Positions 47,301-57,791 of a stretch of 64,000 nt of DNA are shown piece by piece. The notes under the pieces were generated by a model. That model was given only the letters and a program-made list of their open reading frames with translations. It did no database searches and was not told the origin of the DNA. Position 1 is the first letter of the stretch, and each line of letters begins with the position of its first letter. The stretch is from positions 1,674,001 to 1,738,000 of the forward strand of contig JAYWIR010000009.1 of NCBI GenBank assembly GCA_036172245.1, written 5' to 3'. This DNA comes from Raillietiella orientalis (Eukaryota). The translations under genes were made by a program, and so were the position numbers.

Positions 47301-50300
47301 AGGCTCCCCTACCGGGGCTTCCAATCACCCCTTGCAATAAAAATTTCCTCTTCTCCAGGCGGCTGCCGACCAAACGGTGCGAAGAACGATCTGGCCGGTG
47401 ACCCGGTAACGGGAACAGAAGAGCGGCTTTCCTCTCCCACTCGAAAGGAAGTGGAAGCCTTGCTTGATGACCCGCAGCGCGGTGGTCTCCTCCTTTCGGA
47501 TCTCCACCACTCCTCCATGGACGCAGCGGGTACGCCCTGCAAGCGTTGACAGCACCAGGGTGGTGCGTGCGCTGGAGGGTCCACTCTTAAAGAGACTGCA
47601 CGGTCAAGCAGTCTGCGGAAACTCACTAAGGGTGGACAGCATTTTTTTCTACTTTTTCTTAGAGGTGAGGTCCACATGCTTAAGAAGAAGGGGATTCTGA
47701 GCGTCTCTGACATTCTCCAGAGGCATAGAGGAGTCTAAGAGAAACATCGGGGAAACCGCGGAGAGAATGAAGGGAAGAAAGGAGACCCATCGCTGCTTCT
47801 GACCGTTTGGCGGGTTGAGAAGTAAGGTCAGGGAAGGTCACGGAAGAGAAGGAATGGATATGGGGAAGTGTGAGGGCAATCTACAGGGAAGGGGAGAGAG
47901 TCACGAATGCTTTGAAGGACGCAAGGAATCGGGAAGAAGCACTCTTTCGTGAGCACCACCACCTTATTAACCACCGTACTAACCCCTTAAGATTGCTCCG
48001 AAGGCAGCAGTACCTTGGGAAGCAGATGGAATTTCCCCCAGCGACCACTGCACAGTGGCCTCACCCTCTTCTCCCCGGTGAGTTCCCAGCGTGAGCTCGG
48101 CAGCAGTTGCCAGCGGCAATATGGCGGGGATGATGCGACCGCAGCGACGAGCGAAAGCTGAGGAAGAAGGGGATGCTCGGCAGGAACCGTCCTACTGTCT
48201 TTCCTTCGCTCTGCTGCTTCTGAGTTTCCCCTCTTGTGGCAGACTGGGAGGTTTGACAGAAGCCCACCGAAGATGTCAGAAGAAGGAGAGCAAAGACCCT
48301 TCTGAGTTTCGCTAACCCAGGCCACACCCACTTTGAGAAGGCGAGAGCGCCTTCTCATAGTTCTCCGTCTTATCCCGCTCTTCCTATACCCCATCCCTCG
48401 GGGGCGTGCTCTTTTCTCCGTCTCTTCAGAAGCCGCCAGAGCAGGCGCTCAGGAGAACCACAGAGCCCGGTGGATAACCATGCTTAGGCAGACACCGGAA
48501 ACCAAACGGTATGGGGAGAGAAGGAAGGGGAGGTGCGGTTGCATCGAGTGCGCTGATTGTCCGGTTGGAAGGGAAAGCACTCGGCTGGACGAGGAGGAGC
48601 CAAGGCCGCGCGCGGCGCCACACTCTCCAGGAGCGATCCACTGCTCTCGGACGGCAGCGCTAAATCCCCACCCTTGGGCACTGCTCGCTCGAAGAACTCC
48701 CCGAGGGTCTGTATGCACTCGAGGAGTCGGGCACGAGTCAGGGTAGGGTTCCCCCACTCGGGAAATCGAGTTTACCTCTGAAGGGTCATCTCCACCTGGT
48801 TGACCGCCCTCCGGATAGCGTCCTGAGCCTGGCAGTGGCGCAGCTTGGTGGCGTCCAGGTCCTCGATCTGCATGATCATGTCGCCGACGCGGACGTCAGC
48901 CTGCTCGGCGCAGCTCCCGGCCTCCACCTGGAGGCACGAAGAACAAGGAGAAACGTCGGTCAGCAGCTCTGGCTTGAGCACAGGCACGTCTCGCAGGAGG
49001 TAGCGATCACGGGCTTTCAACCAAGGAGAATAGGAGGAGGAGGAGGAAGGGAATAGGAGGAGGAACGAGGAAGTACAGGGGACAGATACTCCTCAGAAGT
49101 CACGCAGGAGGGGGAAGCCAAGCAGGTCCACCCCTCCGGAGAGGCAGTCCGGCAGGGGCAGGAGGGAGCCTTCGTTTCCACGGCAGCCTGCACAAACGCA
49201 CTTCAGAGAGAACGCTCGAGCACCCACAGTCTGGGAGGGAGGAGGAGGAGGTGGGACGGGCAGGAGAGGCACCCGTTCTTACCCCCTCACTTCCCCGATT
49301 ACGGGACGGAAAGCACCGGTTCCAGCGAGGAGGAGACTGCCCTTCTTCGCTTCTCCTCCTTTCGGTCCGGCGTGGGAATCTCCCGAGCCAGCCCCCGCTC
49401 CGCACCTCCCGTCGCTCAGGTGATGCGGACAGAGACAGCAAGAGACAGCCGCTTTCTCTGGAACAAGCGTTTTCCCGGGAGCGAAGTGACTGCTCCAGGC
49501 AGGAGGCAGGTGCAAGCGCGAGAGGGGAGGAAACGACTATCGGGCAACCCAAGGGACCCGTTGTCTGTCCGGGGGACTGACTGTCCCGGGGACCCTCCAC
49601 CTTCCTGGAATGTGTGCGTGCAGGCTGGGAGGGGGAATCGCTGGCAAGCAAGGAAGGGCGCGTCGAGGAGAAAGGGGAGAGATTCTCGTTTCCTGCCTGC
49701 GTGACCCCGGATCCACTTGCCCTTTCGGGTCAGAAGGCGCCTGCGGTCCAAGGGAGAGAGACAGGGAAAAGTTCCCTCCCTTCTGTCCTGCTGCGCCCAT
49801 CTCTGAGCCCGAAGGAAGCTCCCGACGGAGCGGTCAGGGGTAGCTGGGCGACCTTCATGAGCGTCGAGGGAGAGGTCATGGGGAGGCAGCGATGAATTCC
49901 CCCTCGGTTAAGATCCGACCTCTTTTCCACCCTATTCCTGGGCCTCCCCCATCCTCCCTCCCCGGATGACCCACACGATGTCCGTCCGGATCGAGAGAGG
50001 GGTCAAGGGAAAGACCGGAAGGGGCTGCATGGGAGGGGAGTCGGAGGGTCGCGGGAAACTTGGGGGCAGTAGGGGAGGATCTCGGGAGCTCCAGAGATGG
50101 AGGGAAGGGTCTCTAGGAAGGACAGCGGGGGGTCGGAGGAGACCCGCAGCGGGACATCGCCGGGCGCGCTGGCCCCGACTGGAAAACACGCCGCTCTCGG
50201 GTGCACCCTCCTCCTGCCATGCCGACTCCCGGCGCCAGCAGCTCGCCCAGCTTTCTCCCTCTCGTCCGAGGCTCCGCTCCCGCGGTCGCCTCCCGCCATT

Positions 50301-53300
50301 TTTCCCTCCCAGCCCCCTACCTTGGGTGACACCGCGCCCCTCGTGATTTCGGGAGAGCAGCCCTCTCGTCCGCAGAGCGGGCGCGCTCCGCGGGAGGGAG
50401 TAGCCCGGTAACCTCAACCAGGGAAGGAAAAGGAAAAAAGGGAACCCCCCACCAGTCGGGAAGGGCCGCCCGCCCCTTCTCCCTGCCTCGCTCATCCAGG
50501 GGTCCACGTTCGCGCACATCCCCCCCTTCCCCCCGAGAGCGGTTTGGGCAGCTCCGGAAAGAGTTCCCCGCCTTTCGGGAAACTTGGAAGCTTCTTCACG
50601 GGATGGGGATGGCCGCGGTGGCTTTCTGGAAGGGAGGAGGACTGGCGGAGGACGACCTGCTGTTCCCGACGTCATCCTCCCGGGACGCCAGTCGGCGGGC
50701 GAGGAGTTCCGCGGCCTCTCTCCCGAGAGGTCTTCCTCATCATCTACTAGCAGAGACCGGAAACTCGGAGGGAGGTCGGCGCAGCTTTCCCACACCCTCT
50801 TCGGGGTGACCCCTTGTGGAACAAGAGAGCAGGTGGGATCGGCACGCGGTGCCTGGAGCGCGCCTGGAGGTGCGGAGCTCCCGGAAAGGAAAATATCAGG
50901 CCATCCCCCCCCCCGGCTTGCTTGCGAAAGAGCCTTCGAGGACCTGCGCTGCGATGCTGCGAGCCTCGAGGGGCAATCCTCCCTCCCCTTCCCTGCTCAC
51001 CCTTTCCTTCGCTTCGCCATCTTGTTCCACCCTTCCTGAGTCCTCTCCGGCTTCCCCTTCCGCATCCCTCCGCGCGCTTTCGCTTTCTTCCAATCCCGGT
51101 CGAGAGGAAGACCCGGTAGACATTTACGAACCTCCAGGGAGCAGAGGAGGATCAGTCTCCTTCCCCCGTCCTCCCTCTATCTCTGTGGGAAGGCGCGGCA
51201 GAATTCGCCTTTCGATCTGCGTGCATGTGCACCCGAGGCACCCCTCGCGGTGTGGAGACAAGGCGCCTGAAGTCCCTGAGCGCCAGGAAGGAGCGCACAA
51301 CAAGGATAGGAGACGAAACTGTAGTTCCAGCGTGCATCCGGACACCTTCGGAACCGCTTACGGTGTCGACTCGGGAGGCAACTGTGTCGCCTGGAAACGC
51401 TCCCGGAAGGGCAGAGCACCTCCCCGACTTTCTATTCCCCTTTTTCTCGAGGCATCGCCAGCTGCCGGGAAAGAGGGAGTCTTCCTTTGGCAGCTCTTCC
51501 TGGCACCACCTCCGGGGACGTGGAGCGATCCCGCGGAAGACGGAAGAACGTGGGGTCCGATCGCGCAGCATACGCCCCGCAAATCAGCTCAGGTGCTCGT
51601 CACGGAGGCGGACACCGGATGGAAGGGAACAGCTTCGCGCCCCCGGCGCTTTTCCGCGAAGGAAGGGGGAGAGCAAGGGGCCAACGGGGGGAGCTCGGAT
51701 GACGAAGGAATCCCCTTAAAGGCAGGCTGAGTCCGTTAGAAACGCCAGGAGAGCAGGTGCAGCCGCGTTCCTTTCCTGGGTGACCCTTCGACACCAGCAG
51801 AGCTGACGAGGCCCTGCTGACGCCCCCGGACGTGCCGCTGATGCGTCGAGGGCGCTCCGGAAGGGCAGTCCGGGTTGAGGGCACCTGGGAGATGCCTTCG
51901 GGGTCCCGGAGGAGAGGTCGGGGTAGGCTACGAGGATCCGCCGTAGAGCCTGAGAGCCCTGCTGCGGAGCACTCGAAGAGTGGGGGGCCTGCCGTCTCCA
52001 TGGCAGCCGAGAGCTCTGGAGCCGCGTTGACGCCACAGGCTTTGTTGTCGGTCGCCTCAGCCGGGAGGCAACGCAGGCCGGGAGCATGAGACTCGACGAC
52101 GGAGCGGTCGAGGAAGAAAATCTTGGATCAAAGTGAAAAGAGGAGGGGATTTTTCCTTCAAGGAGATTCCCCCACGCGCATCAGAGGCCTCCCTCGCGCA
52201 GGCGGGATGCGGTTCCCGAGGGCGAGCGCACCGCCAGGGCGCCACCCCAGCACAGAGTCCCCACTCTCCTGCCGCGAAAGTTGCTCCCGACTCGCCGTGC
52301 ACTTCCGGGAGTGCTAGATCGGCGACTCGTATCCGCCCTCGAGAGTCATCCGCGTCCCTGGCCGGACGCCCGCCGTCGTCTGGACGATCACGGCGGCGAC
52401 TTCCGCTCGGCGGGTGGAAACTCCGAAGCGGGCCGGCACGGGATCGCTCGCTGTTTCCGTGACTCCGGGAGGAAGGCGCGCGCGGAGCGACCCCGCTGAT
52501 TTATGCACACGTCCGTCCTGGCCGCTTCTATTTCAAGCGATGCGCGCTCTGTTCGGGAGCGAAGGGAGCGGGAGCAACTGGCGCCGGAGAAACGGGACCG
52601 CTGCCAGTCACGGGGAGGAGGACGGGGAGGAAGAACGGGAGATCTCCCGGCTTCCACTCTTTCTCTCTTCCTCTCCCCCTCCCCTCTCGTTTCCTTTCCC
52701 GGAGATCGCGCGGCGTCCTGGGAAACGCGGCGGCTTCCTCCGCGGCGAGCGTAGCAACCTGGAACGCTGCGGTTGCGAAATCCGACACGACTGCACCGAG
52801 ACCACCACCACCACCACCTCCGCCGTCGCGGCCACGCCCATGGTCCCTCCCCCGCTTTCGTCTCTGCTCCCTCCGCCCCCCCTTTTTCGCTGCATCCCCG
52901 TCTGTTCGGGGAGAGGAGCGGAAGAGCGTCCGGAATCCAAGTAGGATGCCCGCGCGCTTGGGAAGCTTCGCTTCTCGCGGAGCAGTTCATTGGATATAGA
53001 GCTGCCGATCGCGTTTCCCGGGAGCCCTGGAACTTTTCCCTGACTCCCCTTGCTCGCTTCAAGCACACAGTTGCGCAGGAGACGGGAACGAAGAAAAATC
53101 CCGAAGCTGGACGGAACAGCGCGTAGGTATGGCTACGCTCAGCAGCTCCCGGAGGTTTCTTCGCCCCCGACGTGTTGCTCCCTGGAGCGGTCGGCTGCCT
53201 CTGGCGTCAGGGCGCATCCTGGAGGGCACCGTACCTCAGAGGCTTATGGCCCTCCCGGTCGACAGGAGCGAGAGGAGGCCGGAGTACGCTTCCAGCAAAG

Positions 53301-55637
53301 AAAACCGGGAGCTCGACGTAGCGCCGTTGCCAGAGGCGACCGTGTCTCCCTCTACCGTCGCTTCTTCCCGTGCCCACTGGCGCCGCTTCGGGTGCGGAGG
53401 AGAGTCGGGAAGCCACCACATGGAGGGGAGAGCGGGCTCCGACTCCCGAGGAGCGCTGAGGATCGAGGAGGGACGAGGACCCTGGAGGTAGGCCAGGGAA
53501 ACCCCAGCTTCTCGGGAGAGGCTCACCTGGCAACGGTCCGAAAGGGGACGGACATTCCTTGGCAGGCACGTTGCGCATTCCTCCCTCTTCCCTCTCCTCC
53601 TCGGAGGGAGCAGCCTGCCTTCGCGGAAGAAAAACGGGAGAAGCCGTCGTTGCTCGGGAGAGGCGATTTATTTTTAGACGCCTCGGATAGGTGGGGAGCG
53701 CGGAGGGTCTCCCGCGCACTGCTGCTCCAGAAACCCGCGCTTCACCGAGACGAGCCTCTGCGCGTCAGCGACCTCCCCTCAAGGTCGCCGGGGGCAGGGC
53801 GGCGGAAAAGGCGCATGGAGGCCGACCAGCCGGGAGGGAGTTCCCATCCCCTGCTTCCCGGATCTCCCCTGTCCACGTGACCATGGCCCAGATCGCCAAG
53901 GCCTTCTGGCGTGGGCCGACAGACCTCCACTCTCATATCCCTGTCTCCTCTCCCCTCATCCCTGTCCCGAGAACCCCAACTACTCTGCAGCGACGCCGCG
54001 CGCGACCCCCTTGTCCGCTAAGGAAACCGCCTCCCTGGAGACAACCCATCCCTGGTCTGAAGGTCGCTCCTCGCCGAGGGTTTGGCCTCCCTCTCTCCCG
54101 GCGAGACCTGCCGCCTTGACCCTCCTGGATCAGGGAAGGTCGCTCTGGCACCCCCACGCCTGTCAGCCACACCCTTCGTCCTCCGGGAGCCCCCCGTCGG
54201 CTCCTTGCACCCCCCCTTCCCTCGCGGAAAAGCGCCTGGGGGCGCGAAGCTGTTCCCTTCCATCCGGTGTCCGCCTCCGTGACGAGCACCTGAGCTGATT
54301 TGCGGGGCGTATGCTGCGCGATCGGACCCCACGTTCTTCCGTCTTCCGCGGGATCGCTCCACGTCCCCGGAGGTGGTGCCAGGAAGAGCTGCCAAAGGAA
54401 GACTCTCTCCTTCCCGGCAGCTGGCGCGCGAGCAAGAAGGAAAGACGACGACGCCTGTTCCCTGAGGCTGGAGAGAGGAGGAAATGTCCCGAGGAAACGG
54501 GAGGGTGAGACGCGCGCGCGGGGACACCCCCGCGGATCGCGTAGAGCCGGCCCCACCACCGGCGCGTTCCTCCGCCCTTGACAGGCCGCCGCCGCCGCTG
54601 ACGCAGGGAAAGCGCAGCGCCGACACGCGGAGCAGCGGCGATCCTGGGAGGGACCGTGCGCCAATGGCGCCGCGCAGGCTACGCGCGTGGAGGTCGGGGA
54701 CGCAGGACTCCACCCTTCATCCCCTCCTCCTCAAGGAGATCATGGACTCCTGAGCACGCCGCCGCGTGTGCGCGCGAGCCTGGGGATCTGGCTCACCCGG
54801 AAAACGTCGCGGACGAGGCCTGAAGGCACCTCGGCAAGGCGAGGCGATGGAGGGAGGAAAGAGGAGGAGGCGGCAAACGTGAAGGAACGTGCGCACGTGC
54901 GCCGCGGGAGCGCCACGTGCGCGCGTCGCCAGGGAGAAGGCGGGCGAGTTCTCCTACTGCGCGCACGCCCGCGCGGGCAGCCTCCCGCGCGCGTGGGAGG
55001 AAGCCCGTGCGCTCCTCTTCCCGCGATGGCGCGAAACCTGACGCGACTTCCCCCTTGCCAAATCCAGGAAGGCGAAGGGGAGGCGGGAAGATCCCGAAAA
55101 TATCCGACGCTCAGCGGCGGGAATTTCCCCTTCATGCTACGAAACCGGGAAGCGGGAGGAGCCACCGGGATGCGGCGGCGGAAGTCCCTCCTCCCCTCGC
55201 TTTCTTCGAAAAGGAGAACGTACGCTTGGAGCTCTCCCCCCCCCCCCCGGGTTGTGCGCGCACCCCCTTCCGTCGCTGACCCACCCGTTTCAGAGGGACG
55301 GCAGCCTACTCGATCCCCACCGGCAGAGGAGGTCCCCCGTTCGCTCCTGCCCGCGTCAGCATCACTCGCTTGACCAGTCATTCCGAGACTCGCAGCTGCC
55401 TGGGAGCGGAGCGTCGGCAAAAACTCGGGACGGGCGGGCGGCGCCGTAGTCGGCTGCGTCTTCCCCGGCGCTGGGGCGTGCGAAGCGCGGAAGGGAACCA
55501 GGGCGGGAAGGGAGGGGGAACATTACCTTGGAGACGACGAGAGGAGTGGAGAAGTCCGTCCCTCCTTGGATGCGGAAACCCCATGGCTGGGAGGCGTCCC
55601 GCTTCGCCAGCCTCACGCGCACCGTCTCGCCGATCAT
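29274..55637 (-). CDS. Zasp52: Zasp52/alp-1-like PDZ-ZM-LIM1-LIM2/3/4 Z-disc protein (ALP/Enigma/PDLIM family); 15 exons, 2103 nt, about 700 aa
   Basis: complement(join(55527..55637,48776..48927,46547..46670,44571..44627,44333..44460,38398..38495,34691..34838,32816..32904,32630..32729,30896..31170,30532..30847,30287..30473,30116..30236,29411..29526,29274..29354)). Phases are consistent throughout and the frame ends ...PFCKSHAMA*. Motifs: PDZ PWGFRIQGGTDF; TKTSLAA; IGSAHNAQPKPY; ZM FVNKQFNSPLKLYS; GVNFQKSEK; four LIM domains. Confidence 0.9.
29411..29526 (-). CDS. Zasp52: Zasp52-like exon 14 (LIM4)
   Basis: ctttgcag|DWVQEFTTQCASCGYPIEPGDMWVEALQKSFHSQCFTCT|gtaagg. Confidence 0.95.
30116..30236 (-). 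CDS. Zasp52: Zasp52-like exon 13 (LIM3)
   Basis: cctcag|EYLKAMGKQFHSECFTCARCGVMLGRETFFMEDGLPYCEK|gtaaaa. Confidence 0.95.
30287..30473 (-). CDS. Zasp52: Zasp52-like exon 12 (LIM2 and start of LIM3)
   Basis: GPFISALGKTWSPEHFTCSIANCRRNLLNVGFVEENESLYCENCFLNYLAPTCDKCKRKIPG|gtgagg. Confidence 0.95.
30532..30847 (-). CDS. Zasp52: Zasp52-like exon 11 (KFVWPPP motif, pre-LIM2 region)
   Basis: GSKFVWPPPKQ...TPRRGTGGTMNQPVTAGGRIPVCAATGVQIR|gtagga. Confidence 0.85.
30896..31170 (-). CDS. Zasp52: Zasp52-like exon 10 (Ser/Pro/Gly-rich linker; boundaries inferred)
   Basis: Open segment (SVVSQSRHPP...GRKGEEGQ) that gives the phase 2 to 1 bridge; acceptor ccggcag, donor CAGG|gtggga; no conserved motif. 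Confidence 0.55.
32630..32729 (-). CDS. Zasp52: Zasp52-like exon 9 (end of LIM1)
   Basis: cttccag|GYYIVNQKLYCEIHAKQVSKQGVCASPDRGAGP|gtaatc. Confidence 0.9.
32816..32904 (-). CDS. Zasp52: Zasp52-like exon 8 (LIM1)
   Basis: ttttttcag|GKYVKLKQKGCLHEGCFKCTTCGSSLKNI|gtcagt. Confidence 0.9.
34691..34838 (-). CDS. Zasp52: Zasp52-like exon 7 (start of LIM1)
   Basis: cttttgctag|..PSEDSHTAYSKSPVPNRVITPVTPPEPRDNVTVLTSDEVRCVECDKVIQ|gtaagg. Confidence 0.85.
36245..36975 (-). mobile_element. SINE copy C (slightly 5'-eroded), in intron 6 of the Zasp52-like gene
   Basis: Near-identical to copy D over 36485-36899; B-box variant GGGTCGAATCCC. Confidence 0.85.
38398..38495 (-). CDS. Zasp52: Zasp52-like exon 6
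   Basis: ttttttccag|(G)VNFQKSEKQFKQDSEVFKMVREMDENPHYFQS|gtactc. Confidence 0.85.
40890..41070 (+). mobile_element. Possible second tRNA-headed SINE relic
   Basis: CCCAGAGGTCACGGGTTCGTTCCCC, a tRNA variable-loop/T-arm (B-box) pattern at about 40927-40951; single copy here, no TSD seen. Confidence 0.3.
42465..43350 (-). mobile_element. SINE copy D, in intron 5 of the Zasp52-like gene
   Basis: Head CCCGCGCCGCTGGCGGCCGTGTGGCTACGG...GGGTTCGAATCCC, second B-box-like GGTTTCGAATCC, CTTCGG-repeat body, A-rich tail. Confidence 0.88.
44333..44460 (-). CDS. Zasp52: Zasp52-like exon 5 (ZM motif)
   Basis: ctcag|SPGGPAKTFVNKQFNSPLKLYSEKSIAEALNSQSEVLSTGAVG|gtaggc. Confidence 0.9.
44571..44627 (-). CDS. 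Zasp52: Zasp52-like exon 4
   Basis: tttcag|EYSRIGSAHNAQPKPYHGE|gtaagc; ALP-family IGSxHN..PF-like motif. Confidence 0.85.
46547..46670 (-). CDS. Zasp52: Zasp52-like exon 3
   Basis: cccag|..GSVPILSWKPHVEVLSSPAANDGLYGNGYHYTKTSLAAPHQ|gtacgt; supplies the phase 2 to 0 bridge needed between exons 2 and 4. Confidence 0.85.
48776..48927 (-). CDS. Zasp52: Zasp52-like exon 2 (PDZ C-half)
   Basis: ctccag|VEAGSCAEQADVRVGDMIMQIEDLDATKLRHCQAQDAIRRAVNQVEMTLQR|gtaaac. Confidence 0.9.
51456..51708 (+). repeat. Left arm of a 250-bp inverted repeat in intron 1 of the Zasp52-like gene
   Basis: Reverse complement of 54173-54426; the 168-bp core 51477-51644 is identical. Confidence 0.95.
53668..53677. promoter_or_regulatory. 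Consensus MEF2 site in intron 1 of the Zasp52-like gene
   Basis: TTATTTTTAG matches YTA(W)4TAR within very GC-rich DNA of a muscle gene. Confidence 0.4.
54173..54426 (-). repeat. Right arm of the inverted repeat
   Basis: Reverse complement of 51456-51708. Confidence 0.95.
55527..55637 (-). CDS. Zasp52: Zasp52-like exon 1 (PDZ N-half)
   Basis: MIGETVRVRLAKRDASQPWGFRIQGGTDFSTPLVVSK|gtaatg. Confidence 0.9.
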
Positions 55638-56497
55638 CCCGGGCGCGGCTGCTCCCGGAGAGTGCTCGGCGGCTCCTGAGAAACCACGGCAACGACCGGC
55701 GAGGTACCTGCGGCGAACGCGCGCGCTTCGCCGCGGTGCGCGCCTGCGACTGCGCCGCCGCAGCGAGCGCCGAGAGCGAGCGAGGCGGGCGAGGCGGGAG
55801 GAGCACCCACGCGGGCGTCCGCCGCGCAGCTGCAAGGCAGTGTCCCCCCCCCCCTCACCTCTCCGCTCGCGCGTGAAGCGCCCGGACGCGAGGGGGAGGT
55901 AGCAGCGGCACCGCTCCACCTCCTGCTTGCTGAGACCCGGAAGAATCTTCCAGGGACCGCTTCCGGCGCGACGCTCGCGAGCCCGAAGACGGGCGAAAGG
56001 GAGAGCGCGCGTTCGCTCTCGGTTGGCAGGTGAGCCGGCCAGGGGCGCAGACTCGCTGGCGCTCAGAGCGCGCGGACGAGGCAGGAGCGGCGCGCCGAGG
56101 GTCTCTGCCCGGGGCGCTCCTCCGGATGGATGGAGGTAGCTTCTGCAGTCCCTGAAGGAAACGCCCGGAGCCCGCACGAGATCCCGTTCGCCCGCGGTTA
56201 CCGGCAGGGCGAGATGCGTTGCCTTCCCGGCTTGTCCTCCTCGGCTTCCCCACTCATCCGCAGGGATGGGCGCCTCCCTGAGAGGACTGTCCCTCCTCCT
56301 TCTCGGCGAGGCTTTTCTCCCGACTGCATTTTCCCTCCCTGGCGTCCTCCCAGGAGCGGGAGGTTGGTTCCGGCAAGCCTCGCCTCGGCAGCCATCATTA
56401 TCATCCCCTTCCATCCACAATCCTTCCTCCCCCTCCACCACCTGCGGCGGCGGAGGGGGAGGAGGAGGAAGCACCTGGTGGAGACGTGCGCGCCCTC

Positions 56498-57791
56498 TGC
56501 GCATGCGCCGAAACGCAGTGCGTCGCCGCAAGACCCCTTGTTGCTTCGCGCGCTTGAGCCTGCGTGTGCCGACCGAGAGAGGGAGCGAATGAGGGGAGGC
56601 TCGCGAGGGGGAGGAGGGGCAGGCAAGCAGCGGAGGCGCCACGTCCCGGAAGCCCCCAGATCCACCGCTTTCGCGTAGTTCCGGGAGCAGTTCGCAGCCG
56701 CCGCACCTTCCGCCCTCCGGGGCTGCACCGGGGGAGGAGGAAGTGGGAGGAAGCGGGAGCGAGAAGGGGAGGCGGGAGTCGCTGTTTAGCGCACGCTCGG
56801 AGGAGACGTCACCGCAACGATTCTTCTCCCGGGAGACAGAACGAACCTTCACGAACGGAGGCGACGCGAGCGCGCGCCCAGCCATCCGAGTGACGTCACT
56901 CCTTGGCAGCTGCGATAGAAGCAGCGGCGGACTTGCCCGCTCGCGGGACGGAGTGCCCCTGCAGGCCCTCCCGGGGAGGAAAGCAGAATGCACACCTTTC
57001 TCAAGGGGATCGAGGAGAGGAACGGGGAGGATAAGAGAAACCACTTTTACCACCTCGTCTGCGACCGACGTCGCCATCTGTTGCTGGCCGGTGAAGAAGG
57101 TCGGTTGTCATGGAAACCCCCGTGAGCAGTGAGGGAAGGGGACGGGCGGAGCAGTGCCTCCGGGTTCGTTCCGCCTCCTCCAGTTCTGCAGTTCCGGGGC
57201 TCACATCCCAGCGGAAAAAGGAGGAATCCTCGCGGAGAGACCCGGAGGGACTCGCCCGGCGCTCGTCCGTCGTCCGGGAGAGCCGTGAGCCCCGCCGCCG
57301 CCGCCGTTTTCCCACGAGGGAAATTCCGCTGATTCCGAGGGACGCCGGCGGCGACCGAAGACCGCGGCCTGCGCGTGCGCCGCCCGCTCATGCGCCTCTC
57401 TCGGTTTCGCGGCTCTTCGCTCGGGTACCCCTCACCCCGCCACGCCTTCCCGGAGGAACGGAAGTCAGAGAAATCGCCCCCTCTCCCGAGGGGGTTTCCA
57501 GGGCAGGAAAAGGAGCAAGGGGAAGGGAGGTGGAGGAGGCATGGTTGCCGCCTGAGGGGAGCGGCGTGCTCTCACTGCAACGGTTCGGAGACCGGAAGTG
57601 AAGAGTCCCTGTTTGGAAGGCAGTTCGTTGCGCTCGCGGGACGATCCTCTTTGCCGCCTCCTCAAGGAGGAGGAGGAGGAGGAGGAGGAAGAAGCTCGTA
57701 AGCGGACCGAATCTTCCAGGTCTCCCCCCCCCCCCTCTTCTTCCGCCTTCGGGGTCTCCTCGGTCTGTGTGGATGATCCCGAGTGACGTCA
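56498..57791. promoter_or_regulatory. GC/CpG-rich upstream region of the Zasp52-like gene with NRF1/EWG-, CRE- and ETS-like motifs
   Basis: TGCGCATGCGC at 56498-56508; TGACGTCA at 56891-56898 and 57784-57791; CCGGAAGT near 57592. Confidence 0.35.

Larger units (their letters stand above)
48100..54760. mobile_element. Decayed non-LTR RT fragments in introns 1-2 of the Zasp52-like gene
   Basis: - strand: KVGVAWVS and RTVPAEHPLLPQL (48100-48340). + strand: LAEDDLLF (about 50640), AQIAKAF (about 53890), SGTQDSTLHPLLLKEIMDS (about 54700, like GVxQGDPLSPLLFNxVMD). Exon 2 lies within this span. Confidence 0.35.

Noticed and set aside
55362..57077. 571-aa ORF on the - strand
   Set aside because: Low-complexity Arg/Pro/Gly translation of very GC-rich DNA; only the last part (from 55637) is the real PDZ exon 1.
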